Shown: positions 25,384 through 40,134 of the stretch, one piece after another
Layout: each line of letters opens with the position of its first letter
Position numbering within the stretch: position 1 is the first letter of the stretch
DNA from: Chrysomallon squamiferum
Taxonomy: Eukaryota > Animalia > Mollusca
NCBI GenBank assembly: GCA_012295275.1
Contig: CM022671.1
Coordinates: forward strand, 3,968,001-4,032,000
DNA length: 64,000 nt
Reading direction: 5' to 3'
Made by a program: the position numbers and the translations under genes
Notes under the pieces: model-generated
The model's input: only the letters and a program-made list of their open reading frames with translations
Told to the model about the DNA's origin: nothing
Database searches by the model: none

Positions 25384-25623
25384 TGTTTTCAAATAAAGAC
25401 GAAAGACGCCGATATGAGGTTTCCAAACCACCCAAGTCAGCCAGACTGCAGGTCTGCGGTGTCGTGGCGGATCGTCCAGGTTGCCATTGTGGCCGACGTC
25501 TCGCACAGATCGGCTCAAACAATATGTGTAATTACGTATCCGTAACGGAACAAGATAAATTGACTTGGAGGCGAGTTTCACACGAAAACCTGATCACGCG
25601 GAAAATCGGTCGTAATGGCTCCC

Positions 25624-25675
<52 letters not shown>

Positions 25676-27061
25676 TGACGAGAATAGCCCCATGATCTGC
25701 CCGGTGGGGTGGGTTGGAAAGAAAAATAAAGAAAAATCTACAACAATATGTAATACATGCTTAGTTTGTTTATTTATATAAAATAAAAAATAAAAGAAAA
25801 AAAAAAAAAACGAACTACGCCCGCGCTTGGGTGAGCGTTGACAAAGACACAGCTTATGTCTGCCCCAGCTAAAACGAATGTTTGCTTTTTTTTGTCCTTC
25901 AGCAGAAATTTACTCCATTGATAAAACTTTTGTTCGCTAGTATACTACTACCGCAGTCTCGACTCGCTCCGGTTTTATTGTAAACAAACAAAACAACAAA
26001 AAAAAGCTGATAGTTTGAACCTTTATTTTTTTTTTTTTTTTTTTTTTGTTTGTTTGTTTGTTGTTGTTTCGTGGTTTATGACAAATTAATAGATCAATTT
26101 AAGGGGGAGGGGTTTTATTCTTCTTTTTCCTTTCTTTTTCATGAATGAGACAGCAAAGTTACATTATTTCTTTATTTAGAGAATTATTTTAAGTTGTTGC
26201 AATTCAACACTTAAGACATTACGATTCGTTGTAATTGAAGATTTTGATTTTAGATTGAGTTTTATTTTTCCTTTAAAAATCACTGATACAACAGTTTAGA
26301 TGGAAATTATTTCATGAATCATCTAAAACATAATTTCAAAACCATTTCATGTTTTCAAATATATTAAAGGCAACTTATCATAATTTATAACAATTTTACA
26401 AAATCAACATAATAACAGTTTCGAAAATTGCGTAAACTTTGGTGCGTCCGACTGCCTGCCTGTCTGTCTGTGTGTCTGTCTGTCTGTGTCTGTCTGTCTG
26501 TGTGTCTGTCTGTCTCTCAGGATACGCTAAAATACTCCTCTCATTAAAAACTACACAGTAGATCTGTCGATAACACGGACGGGATTTGCATAAAAGCAGC
26601 CATGCTGTATTTGCCGTATTTCTTCTTCTAAAAGCGCGTTTTACGTTGTTGCCTTTATTGCTGCCATTTTCCTCAAGCCGTCACGTGAACAGTTGTTTGT
26701 CAGGTGGCCTTTCATGTGGAAAAAAATATTAGCCATATTTTACGGGTCAAATGCACGTGCACCGGCCGTCGGAGATGAAGCAAAATTAAACTGTCCGGTG
26801 CTGTGTATTTTGTGGCGTGTGATGTATACTGCTCGAAAACAAGTCTGGAGATCACCAGAACTAATTAAAAAGATAAAACGTACTGTGGTGGGTGCCAGTA
26901 ATAATTCAGAACTGTTCTGGTGTTGGTGTGATATATGTTAACACTTTTCACTGCTAAATGTCGATGATGTTATTTTTTCTAGTTCTCGTGAATTAACCCT
27001 TTTCTGTTCTGAGAATCACTACTATTTGTTTTCTTTCTTCTTTTTTTTGTTTTTCGTTTTT

Positions 27062-27144
<83 letters not shown>

Positions 27145-27188
27145 GACTCCATTAACCCTTTCTCTGCTTTGTTTTTTGGTTTCTGCAG

Positions 27189-27578
27189 GTGAACCGGCCT
27201 CTCACAATGAAGAAGGATGGAATTCAGACGAGGAATCGCAAAATGTCGACGAAGAGCAAGAAGAACAAGAAGGGAATGGGCGTCATGAACGACTTCCTCA
27301 AACCCCTCGACAAGTCGTACGGCGGGTTCGGCATGCCCAACCACTTCAACCCCAACATGCACACCTCCATGCACCCCTACATGGGCGGCGGCAGCGGGCT
27401 GGGTGGCGGCTACAGCCACGCCCCTCAGATGTCCGGGGGAATCGGCAGCCTCTCGTCAGGATTCAGCAACAACTTTGCGACAACATCATCTTTCCCGACG
27501 TCGTTTTCCGGCTTCTCGGGGTTGCCCACGTCGGGCCTCAATCTGTCTACCTCCAACATGGTGGGCGCCATGGCCTAA
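27189..27578 (+). CDS. GATA123: GATA1/2/3-class transcription factor, terminal coding exon (basic tail and C-terminus)
   Basis: Acceptor tttctgcag ends at 27188. Encodes VNRPLTMKKDGIQTRNRKMSTKSKKNKK...SNMVGAMA*, i.e. the conserved basic region after the C-finger and a C-terminal motif like the MVTAMG ending of GATA2/3. GC-rich codon usage; TAA at 27576-27578. Confidence 0.96.
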   Translation: MNRPLTMKKDGIQTRNRKMSTKSKKNKKGMGVMNDFLKPLDKSYGGFGMPNHFNPNMHTSMHPYMGGGSGLGGGYSHAPQMSGGIGSLSSGFSNNFATTSSFPTSFSGFSGLPTSGLNLSTSNMVGAMA

Positions 27579-27838
27579 AGCGCGTGCACTCGCGCGTGCA
27601 CGTGCACGTGACCTGTGGTTTTTTCGTTGTTTTCATCCCTCTCTCTCTCTCTTTCTTGCAAATCAAGACAATACGTTAATGATAACTAAAGCAATGAATC
27701 GCTGAACTCAAGCAATGGTGCTGCTGCTGCTGCTGCTGCTGCTCTGGTGAAGAATAGAACGATGTCGTTGCAGTGAAATAGTGCTAGAACGACCGTGAGA
27801 CACCATTATTCTCACATAACAAACAAAACCGATTTTTA

Positions 27839-27875
<37 letters not shown>

Positions 27876-29523
27876 CCTATGAATATTTCAAGAGCTTGTT
27901 TTTAGGACTGTCGCCACTTGCCGAACTAAGCTTTGTACTCCAACGAGATACTCGAAAACACAGTCGGAACCTTTTATTTTTTGCTCTCTCTCTCTGTCTC
28001 TCAATATCAAAACCAAGGCAAAATCTTCATAAACAAAAAAAAGGGCTTTAGGAGGTCTTGTTTGGATTGAGCGAGTGCATTATACGTTCCACCGTCTCAT
28101 CGACTAAAAACACTTGTGCTTCGATAACCACGGAGAGAGAAAGAAGAAGAAAACAAAGAAAAGGAAGGAAGGACTTAGTTGTGTGTTGATAATAACGAAC
28201 TAAGCACGACTATAATAAATAAAAAAAAAAAAAAAAAGGTTTAAATTTCTAGGACTAATCGAGGAGGCGGGTTCGGCGAGTTTCGGAGAAAAGCGTCGGA
28301 TAAAATACGATCCCGCCCCCCCCTCTTCCCTATCGGGTGCAGGGCGCACGAAGCGAGCAGAGTACTCGGATCTCGAGGGTGGGGTCGACTCGCAAGCTGC
28401 CCTCGGGATTTGGCGGCCAATCCTAGCGTGACTGGTGGTTGTAACACCATTGTTGTAGCTGGCGTATCGCTGGCATGAGACAGCGTCATACAGTCTGTGG
28501 GAACGTGGAAAAAAAAAAAAAAAAAAAAAAACGAAGACAAAACTTGTCGACTGAGACTGGTGCAGAAGAAGGGTGGACGGGTCATAAAGGGCCTGGTTTT
28601 AAAAAATAATAACAAATAATAATGAATAATAATGAATGACAATGACAATAATACTTATTACAAACAATAACCGAAATGAAAGAAGGTTATTCTCTTCACG
28701 TGATCGGTTGTTACTTTTTTCGTCGTCACGTGATCGATGGAAAAATCCAGACACGCGATTGCGTAACCTTTTCTCGGTTACTTTTTGGTTACAGCGTGAT
28801 TCGTTGACTTTGTCACGCGTGATTAGTTGACTTTTAGAACGTCATCGATTACTCTTTTTTCAGCAACATGACTGGTTAATTTCATCACGTGATTGATTCA
28901 TCCAAATTTCAGCAGAAATTAGACTGATGGTGTTGAACTTGTGTTTTTTTTTGTTGTTTTTTTATGAAACGATGATACACAAACGTATGTTTAGCATTAC
29001 AGTGTGACGGACAAGTTTGTTTTTGTTTTCTTCTTTAACAGAACTAATTTTTCGTCATGGTAACATAAAATGTCAGAGAGGCTGTTTTGGTTTGGGCATC
29101 TGTATGTTGTCGTGTTTTTTTTTTTTTTTTGGCCTAGTTGGCTGGCCATCTAAAATAATTAATTATAATATTTATTGCTAGGATTCCAGTTACATTGTTG
29201 TTAATATTTATGCAACTGTATGTTTGTTATTCTTTAAAAACAAATTATGAAAAAAAAAAAAATTTGACTTTTTATTATTTCTTAACAATGTATCGTATTT
29301 TGTCGTCATTTTAATTAATTATAATTATTATTCCATCCCGTTTTTTTTTTTGTTTTTTTTATTACGTCATTAGGTGTACGAAATGACGTCACTGTGTTCT
29401 AACAATCTGTTTTCAGTCGTATTACGGATTATAGGATTATGAAATTAATATTATCTAACAGTGTTTATTTCATCCTATCATTTGTGATAGATGAATCTCA
29501 TTTAATTATGTGTAAACAAGTAA

Positions 29524-29529
29524 AATAAA
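29524..29529 (+). terminator. Candidate proximal polyadenylation signal AATAAA
   Basis: AATAAA with TGTA shortly upstream and U-rich sequence downstream. AATAAA is common in this AT-rich DNA, so support is weak. Confidence 0.3.
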
Positions 29530-29695
29530 ATTTATTATGGGTAATCTGTATATTTCGTCTTCTTTTTAATTAATGTATGAAATTTTTACTGGTTATTATA
29601 GATGTAAATTTTCAATTCATTTCTAAATCAAGAAATCTCAGAATAAATGATAATGATGTTAACTATGTACATTAAAAAGACAAATATGCATTTGC

Positions 29696-29771
<76 letters not shown>

Positions 29772-30742
29772 TACTATCATCATTATTACTGATATGGACT
29801 AAAATTCATATTCTCTCTCTCTTTTTATCTAAAATTTACTCCTTCATAAAAAAACAAAAATGATTTTTTTTTTTTTTTTTTTTTAATTTGGTCATTTCTG
29901 TAAAGATTTCTATCAAATTCACTTCAGTGTACTTTCAGGAAATACACGCTCGGTTATAACTCAAAAATGGCAATTTGCTGTGACAACTCAAACTCAGAAA
30001 TATTTCTTGGATATCTTTGAAATTATATTGTGTTACTTGCAGCAAAATGTTCCACTTCCTAAGCATGACAAATAATATACGTTCAAACAAAATTTTAACG
30101 GTAAAAAAAATGAAATTGCTAATGGGAAAAAAGGTCAAATGAAATGTAATTTTTTGTAACCGTATTATTAGAAATAACGGTTTTATTTTGAAACATTTGG
30201 ATACATAAATATTCCCCGTGAAACATATATATTTGCATGTAGGTAAATATATATATGTATATTTGTATGTATATATGTATGTATGTTTCTATGTATATAT
30301 ATTGTGTGTATATACATTGATACGTTCGTACTAGCATATATATAAATAAATATACATACAAATAAATACACATGTGCAGTTCTGCTCTGTGTAATTATAA
30401 AGCTGTTTTGATATTTGTTTCTAAACAGTAAATGTCCAAACTAAATTTATTTTGATATAAAATACAGTAATAAGTTATTTCAAATATCGTGTAAATTCTA
30501 AAAGATAAAATCCACAAAATAAATTTTTTAAACCACATCGTGATAACAGTATTATTTTTGATACGCTTTTATAAATTTAAAAATTGTGCAGAACCATTTC
30601 GAAATCATTCAAAGGATTAAAAGTTATTGTTATTATTATATTATCTGATTAATTTGTGAAAGAGAGAGAGAGACTTATGAAATTTGGTTTATTTATTAAT
30701 TTATATATTAATTTTTATTATTATGATTATTATGATTATGAA

Positions 30743-30823
<81 letters not shown>

Positions 30824-31222
30824 AGGATCAGATTGGTTGATGTATTTTAATTTACGTAATAGTATCTACGTTTTTTATATATTTAATATTAATTGTATAC
30901 TTTTACTAACGGTAAAACATTTACTGTTAATCTTAAGAGTAGGGGAAAAAACATGTTGTTAAAATTATGTACAAAATGAATTTGGTGCAATGTTGTCTTT
31001 TTATCTCTTCTTAAATAAATAAAAACCAAATATATAACGACCAGTCAAGAAAAAGACTGTAAAATAATATCAGTCGTACAGACATTTTTATGAGAAAAAA
31101 TTTTGAATAATGAATGTGGTGAGGACATTCCAAAAAAAAAAAAAAAAAAAATAAATTTTTTTTTTTTTTTACTTATCAGCTGTACATTCACGTCTTGAAG
31201 ATTTTCACCTGCCTGTTTGTAC

Positions 31223-31228
31223 AATAAA
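31223..31228 (+). terminator. Candidate distal polyadenylation signal AATAAA
   Basis: TGTAC-AATAAA in non-repetitive context, with a second TGTA about 40 nt upstream and a GU/U-rich downstream tract. Confidence 0.4.
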
Positions 31229-32013
31229 AATCATTTTACTGTTTATGTATTTTCATAAAATTTCATAATTTTATTTTGGTGTTTTGTCATTTTCATAACA
31301 GCTGTGTAAACGAAACTGACTTGTAAGAAAGCACAGTTTTCTGTCCGTTAAATATCGATATCATTTCATTTTGAAAGTATTTTATTTTATTTTATTTTAT
31401 CAAATTAATTTATTTACTTGTTTATTTATTCATTCATTCAATCATTCATTTCATTTTATTTTATTTATTATATTATTTATTTACTTCTTTACTTACTTAT
31501 ATTTTTATAATCATATCTTCATGTTTCTTTTCTTTTATTTTTAAAAAGAAAAATTTAATAAAACTATGAAATTAACAATGAAATTTACATGATTTAAAAA
31601 ATTAACAAAATTCTGTGGTTTTTAACTGAATATGCAATTAACAATTTACGTGACCTTATTAATATTGTTAATTTCACGGGATCGTGAAATTAACAGTTTA
31701 CGTGACGTATAAATAAATTATCTGTTTGGTGTATGAAATTAACAAGTTGCGTTATGTTGAAACTATTTAAACTTTAGAACTCTACAAGGACATCTTCAAG
31801 ACGTGAGCAACGGCAACAATAAAACAGGAATCTCAACATCACTTTATGTATACTGTACATAGAAAGGGCTGCTCAATAATAATAATAATAATTATCTTGT
31901 ATAAGCCAACTTCATTCATCCGTAATAAAAAAAAAAAAAAATGTGAACAATACTTTGAGTTCTGACGTTATTTATTTCTGTTGTGTGTTTTTCTTAGCTT
32001 ATGTTTGTGTGTT

Positions 32014-32353
<340 letters not shown>

Positions 32354-32483
32354 ATTTTTAACAGTTTAATTTATACTGCAATATGTTAAGGTTTTTTTCT
32401 CATTGCGTTATCTGTTTTTTAATGTTCATTTACAAACTGATCTGCAAAAGTGAACGAAAAATACATGCTTTTCTCGATGTCAT

Positions 32484-32514
<31 letters not shown>

Positions 32515-32774
32515 TTTTCTAAAAATACCACATCAAAAATAAAACAATAATGTAAGTGTTATACAGTTTAATAACAAGCATTCATCAATTTAAAATTTAT
32601 ATTTCAAATATCGAGTACTGTTATTCACAATTTATATTTTTAAATTAATAAATAATCATGATACAAATGTTATAATAAACAAATGTAGTGTGTTACTATT
32701 ATTATTATTATTATTTATTTATTTATTTCGTTATTTTTTTATTTTGTTATTTATTTATTTATTTATTTATTTTG

Positions 32775-32821
<47 letters not shown>

Positions 32822-34938
32822 TTTGCTAATACTGATAACAGTTTTGTCATCATTGTTTTATTTTATACATAAGATGAAAAGATAGAAAATTACTCTTGTG
32901 TCATTCTAACTATCCGACTATCTGTACTATTTTATTTATTTATTTTTATTTTATTTATTTAAATTTTTTTTGGGAGGGTTGTTTATTTTTTCTGGGGTTT
33001 TTTTTATAAATTTTATTATTATTATTATTATTATTTTTTTATTTTGTTTATATTTATTTTAGTAAAGATAACAGTAACAGATTATAAAATAAATTTTAAA
33101 ATTTTCCATATAAATAATGTAATTCTACAATAATAATTATAATTATAATTCTTATAATTATTTAAAAAGTAAAGATATCAATTATTTAAGACATTGAAAT
33201 TAAAAATATATATATATATATATATAAAATAAAATTAAAATATATTTTTTTTAAAAATCGGCGTCACATTAGTTCATTATTTAATTTTAACTAGTTTCGT
33301 ATTACAATAGGAACTTAAAAAAATGTAAGAAAATAGATTTTAATGATTTTAATAATAATAACAATTTTAAATGTACAAAATATAATTTTTTACTGTTATC
33401 TGTGCAACATTTACTTTTAATTTATTAATTAATAATTAATTTGATTTAAAATTTAAAAAAATTATAATTATGTTAAAAAAAATAATAATAATTATCAATA
33501 ATTGAAAATGAAATAATGTTATCTGTCAAAAAAAATTGCCTTAAAGATTCAGCTTATTATGAGTAAAAATAAAATCATGTAATACGTTATAGGAAAAAAA
33601 GAAAAACTAAAAATAAATGAGTGAATGAATGCCTGAGCAAACGAACAAATAGATAAATAAATTAATAAAATAAGCATATAAATAATAAAGAAAGAAAAAG
33701 AAAGAAAGAAAGAAAGAAATAATAAATAAATAAAAAAAAAAAAGCAAACAAACAAACTTAAAAACTAAAATTATTTATAATATAAACACAATAGAAAAAG
33801 AAAAAACAAAAATTTCCACAACTCGAAACACATAAATTAACACAAACACTGAGGTAATCGAAATCTTCCTTTACTGTCCCCATCATTAAACACCCAATTT
33901 AAAAACGGAATTTTACAAGAACGAATTAATCAATTTAAATTATTGTTTTTTCGTTGGGTTTTTTTTGTTTTGTTTTGTTTTTTAATTATTTCTCTTTATG
34001 TATCCTTTTTGCACTACAGGTGTATTTACATTTGAGTGAAAAAAGGGTAAGTTAGCTATTAATATTTCTCGATTTCAGGTCTAATCCAATTAGCAGACGA
34101 CATGTTTTATTTATTTGGAGAAGGCAGATGACGAACGAAATATTTCAGGTCGTGTTTTCATTCGGGAGTATTCTGTTTACCTGTTAGGTGCTCCAGTGTT
34201 TGATTCTGTGTATTAAATTAATGTGATGTTTTCTTTTCATCTTTTTCTTATTTTTGTATATGTTGTTCTTTTCTGTTCTTGTGGTGAGTTAGTTAATGCG
34301 TATTTTAATTTTTTTAATTTATAATTTTTTTTTTTTTCATTTTCTTTCATTTCTGTTTTTTTCTTTTGTTATTTATTTTTAATTTTCATTTATGTCTACG
34401 TGTGTTTCTGTCTCTTTAAGTACATACATATATAGATACGTATATTCAAACACACACGCACGCACGCACACATATTTACCTATTATTTAGTATTATTGTT
34501 ATTATTGTATGTTTGTGTGCGTTTCTTTGTATATATCTGTTGTTGTATATTTGTATCTATTTATATTTGTTGTGTGAAAACAGATGGGTGTGTCTGTTTA
34601 TAAATGCATATAAGGTATGCATGGTTGTATCTATGTATTGCAAATTTTATATTCAGGTATGTATGTATATGTATGTTTATTTAAGTATGTGTGGATAGAT
34701 AGATGTGTTTATCTCTGTGTTTGCGTATGTGTGTGTGTGTGTGTGTGTGTGTATGTATATGTATATGTATGTATATATGTATGTATGTATGTATGTATGC
34801 ATAAATGTCTGCATGTAATAATGTATATATGCGCCCATATGTTATAGATATATAAAGAACAGTTTTATATTTAAAAATATATATATATATTAATGAAAAC
34901 ACACGCGTGTATATTTCATAACAACAATATTTATTAAG

Positions 34939-34970
<32 letters not shown>

Positions 34971-35478
34971 TGAAAATAAAATGACTGGTTTTCAACCAAT
35001 CACCAGCGTAACAGCGTAACACGAGGAGCATAACCAGTGACTAAATAACAAAGACTGATCTGTTATCGCTGCTGTTTTGTTTACAAAAGCGCCGATTCCT
35101 AACAGAACCGACTGTTTGAAAACAAACATTACAAATATGATTTAAAATGGACCTATTCCTGGGAGGAAACACTCACATTTATAGCCTACGAGGCGATTAA
35201 TTATTTCCATTACCCCCCAAAGAGTTAACGGTGTCGTAGTTAATGTACTTTGCACGTGGGTAGCAATTATGCACGCGCTTTTTGTCACTCACGTTCCGTT
35301 TACAAACATGATACAAACACTAGACAAATAATCATAGTACAACAGGTACTGTAGGTGCATTATAATTATTATCTTCATCATCATCATCATCATCATCATA
35401 AGTAGTAGTTGTAGTAGCTGTAGTAGTAGTAATAGTAGTAGAAGTAGTAGTTAGTAGTAGTAGAAGTAGTAGTAGTAA

Positions 35479-35512
<34 letters not shown>

Positions 35513-36188
35513 TAGTGTCTTTGTTTTGATTATTGTAAATTCGTTACGTTTTTCAATAATAAATTTCTAATTTATAAATTTGCAACAAATGAAGGTAAAA
35601 ACTAATAAATTTAATTCGAAGTGTAGATTATGTATTTTGAATTATGCTTAACAAATTAAAAAATTGTTTTATTTCAAATAAAAAAAAAATTGTTTTATTT
35701 CAAATAAAAATAAGAAAATGAAAGAAAGAAAAGAAACAAAAGAGTATTATAAAGAATGAGAAACAGAGAAAAACAAATGATATATGAATCAAATAATTAT
35801 AAAAAAAAATATGAAAAAATAACATTTTTTTTTAAATTTAGAATAATTTATCGATAATTTCGTATTTAAGTTTCATTATTATTTTTTTGTATATAAATTA
35901 TTTGTTTTTATTATTATTTTTTAATTTTTTTTTATATTTTTTTTTTTAAATTTTTTTTTTTTTACTTTTATTGCTATTCTTTTTAATTTTTAGTTTAATT
36001 TTTGTCATATATTACTTTTCATTACAGATCTACAGCTTCCAGTCTTAACATCTAAAATTTTATTAGCATTTTTTTGTTTCTTCTTTTTTATTTTTTTTCC
36101 TTCATTCATAGATATTCATGTTTCATTTTCTTACATTTCTTTGCCTTTTTTTCTATTAATTTTCATTCCATTCTATAGCATTACATTT

Positions 36189-36249
<61 letters not shown>

Positions 36250-37340
36250 TCCCGTTTTTCTATTACAATTTTTACTATTTCAGCATGTTTACTATAATCC
36301 ATCTCAATCTCATTTTCGAAACGAACGGAGAACAATAATAACCATCATTTATTTCTACACCTGTTCCTTGCCATGGCGAGGAAAACGTTAAAAAGACGAT
36401 CTCTCTCCTATTTAAGCCGTTAACAGTCGTACGTTTGGAAAATTATTAAATTATAGTTGGCGCCAGTAGCGAAATTAGGAAGGTTTATGGAGAAAACGTT
36501 TGTAAGCATGTGGCGAGTCCGTGTTTTATGCGTGACGTTGTACCGCGGGAATATTACACCGTCACTGGCGCGCCTTATTCCCATCTCATTATTGTCTCTG
36601 CGCAGTACGAAGAAAGCAATTGGGAGGCTCTTTTCGGGTATACGCGATCCCAGACATTTCGTTTTTCGTCTCAAATTTTTATCAATTTTTAAAAAATGAT
36701 CTTAATATATCACCAATCATACTTTCTTTATGTATTGCTTCAAAACTAATGCAGTTTTTAATAGTAACGATATTTTTAAAAGTTTAAACATTTTAATTTT
36801 TATTTTCGTGTCCCAGTAAGGGCCCACTTGATGAAGAATAACCGGTGCCTAGAAATCAGTGAGGCAGTGAAAATGTACTATCCGATTACGTTAAAAAAAA
36901 AATAAAAAAAAAAAAAAAAAAAAAAAAAAGCACATCGGCCAAAAGGCACTGTATATGAAAAAAGGGGCAGAAGGTAAAATATCAACGAATTAAATTATAA
37001 TCCCCCCCCAAAAAAAAAAGCCACAGCTATGCAAACGGAACAGTCCTGAGAGACATCAACTTTTGAGCGCTATTATTTGAAGCGAATAAAAGCGACAACG
37101 AAACTGACGTATAAATTACATCATGAATGACTTGACTTACATGTTGAAATTTCCTAGTTTCAGATATACGAGGTAGATAGTACCAGACATTGTACGCACT
37201 GTATCGATGTCATTAAGATCGACGAAAGTGATTAATGTGACGTCATATTAGTTCACTGATACGTAATAGAATACGTCACAGTACACGACTTTTACTTTTT
37301 GTATTACCATGGCTTTTATTATGATGATTTTTTTTTTTTT

Positions 37341-37372
<32 letters not shown>

Positions 37373-37613
37373 TCTTCATCATCTTCTTATTATTAGTTTG
37401 TTAATGTTGTTATTATACTTACTACTAATACTATTACTAGTATATAGAAGGGTTAAAATTTAAAATATTTGTGTATATATATATAAATCCATACGTATAA
37501 AAGCATATAGTTACATCTTCTGGGCACTGCTGTCTTTCTGCATAGTATACTAAAGGAGTTTTATTATTGTTATTATTATTATCATCATCATCATTATCAG
37601 TATCATTATCATA

Positions 37614-37658
<45 letters not shown>

Positions 37659-37696
37659 GTTGTTGTTATTATTATTATTATCATCATCATCATCAG

Positions 37697-37769
<73 letters not shown>

Positions 37770-39266
37770 GTCATCATTATCATTATCATATCATTATTGT
37801 TATTATTATTAAAAACAAATATATATATATATTTTTTTATTATTGTCTCATTCTAGGTTTTATGTGCATACAGACACACACAGACTACATAAAAACACAT
37901 GCATACAAACATACATACATACATATATACATACATACACACACACATACACACATACTAGCATAAATGATTCACATATGTACAATCTGATGTAAATCAT
38001 ATTTATTCATTGAAATAAAATTGCAGTCTCTATTGTCGATGATGATGATAAAAACGCACAATGTAAATTTAAATAATGCTCTATTTGACTTACATAATAT
38101 TGATGTGTATCTGTGTGTATTAAATTTTAGAGGGAAGAGAATAATTTGGTTTGTTTGGGTTTAAACCTTCTCTATTTCCAAACATATCAAAATTCATGAG
38201 CTACATGATAAACAAAATGAGTCAAAGCTCATTTGTTTTGAACGGAAAATAGTTTCTCTTTTTCAAAAATGAAAATATATATATATTATATTTGTTAGTT
38301 TTTTTCTTTCTGTAAACAAATTTTACAATTGTTTTAATATAAAACTTATTATGTTACATAATAATAATAATAAAACTGTGGTAATGTATTTTATTTATTA
38401 TCTTTTATCAGCTAAAACAATCTATATTTTATACTGATTTCGCATAATTATGCAAATATGTTGTTTTTTAAAGAAAAACATGCTTTGGTTTGTTATGTAT
38501 ATGTGTGTGTGTATATTATATATATGAGTGTCTGTGTGTGTGTGTATATGTATGTGTTTATATACATATATTTATGCATGTATGTATGTATGTATGTATG
38601 TATGAATGTATGTATGTATGTATGAATGTATGTATGTATCTTCGTGTATGCATGTACTTAAACATTTAAACTTTTAAACAGTTAAGTGTCTGAAAAACCC
38701 CATTAAAAAAAAAAAAAAAAAAAAAAAAACAATAACAATAAACATTAAAATACCTATTACAGTTTCACTCAAGTAGCTAAATAAAACAACACATTTAAAA
38801 AAATAAAAATAAAGCTTTAACAACTGCCGAGGGACGTAATAGCGCCAAGTAATGGAAGTTCTTCCTCTGCTACGACAACATAATTAACGTCTCCGCATCT
38901 GACACTCCAACGATGTTTAAACAGCTCTGAAGCTCTTTAAAACCATTGTTTCGACATTTACTCCATTGTTCTCAAAAAAACTTCCTTAAAGCCACTTTCT
39001 GCTCATAATTGTTTCTGTTACACCCGACGAACAAACAACCCGAGTTGACTCAAGAGAACAAAAAGAAGGTATTTTTCTCTACCCATCATCCCCCGCGGCT
39101 CTATCTACCCGTATAAAAACGTTCAGTATGTTTTCTTGTACCTCGTGGCTCGTGTTTGGAGATGGTAAATGGCTTTTTTTTTTTTTTTTTTTACCTTGTT
39201 GTTAAATGACCCGAGACTCAATAAACAGAGAGCGCTCTTGATTTTGCGTTGTGTTGTGTTGTGTGC

Positions 39267-39280
39267 CTGCCCCCTAGCGG
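39267..39280 (-). promoter_or_regulatory. CTCF-like motif
   Basis: Reverse strand reads CCGCTAGGGGGCAG, matching the CTCF core. Confidence 0.45.
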
Positions 39281-40134
39281 TCGTTATGTTTTCACTCCAG
39301 CAAAACGATTCTCGTTTCAGTGTCTGTTTTGCGGATCGTAACGTCTTCGGTATCTCTTAACTTCGGGCCAAAAAAGTGTCAAAAAGTCAAAGATAGCGAA
39401 ATGACATGTAAATATTCATGTTTCACGTTAATTGTCCTGGATCAAGAATTAATGAGATTGTTGGGGTTTTTTTGTTGTTGTTGTTTTGTTTTTTCAAAGG
39501 TTATTACGTTGCAAATACGTCTCTGAATTTTTTTAGTGACTAAGAACTTAACTCATTAAACTTTATTGCTAAACACTGTTATACGAATATACTGTTTTAT
39601 TTTCTAAATTCAGTTTATTATATAAAACATTCTGATTTTAAATTCCTGTTTTAACTTAAGATTGAAATTTATTTATTTATTTATTTATAATAGATAATGA
39701 AATACTTGATAAATATATATAATTTTTACTTACCAAAGTGTTATTCTTCGCTTTTCTTACTTTTGTGTTATTGAAACTATTACAGGAATTTTATATTTAA
39801 AAAAACCCTTATCATTGAATTTAATCGTCTTAAATCATTTTCTAAAGTCTAATTTGTAAATATTTGTAAATGTTTTTCAGACTTAATTTTAAATTTTATG
39901 AGATACTGTTCTCGGAAATAAACTTTTAATTTTTTTGTAGAAAACGTAAGTTTAAATTATTTTTAAAAGAAACAAAAGTATTTCTTCGAATTTTAACTCC
40001 TTCAAACTATTTTTTAAAAACACCTTATAAATTTTAAAATTACATTTCTAACAATTTTAAATCTTTAAATTCTTAAAATATCTTAAATTATTTTCTAATC
40101 ATTAAATTTTTTAATTATTTCGAAAAATATAAAC

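Larger units (their letters stand above)
27579..31250 (+). other. Putative 3' UTR of GATA123 (3' end uncertain)
   Basis: Follows the stop codon, U/A-rich, no ORF. The end is inferred only from candidate polyA signals. Confidence 0.45.

Noticed and set aside
27026-27705. Overlapping alternative-frame and antisense ORFs on the last exon (217, 93 and 100 aa)
   Set aside because: Expected shadows of a GC-rich exon plus an adjacent CT repeat; no independent support.
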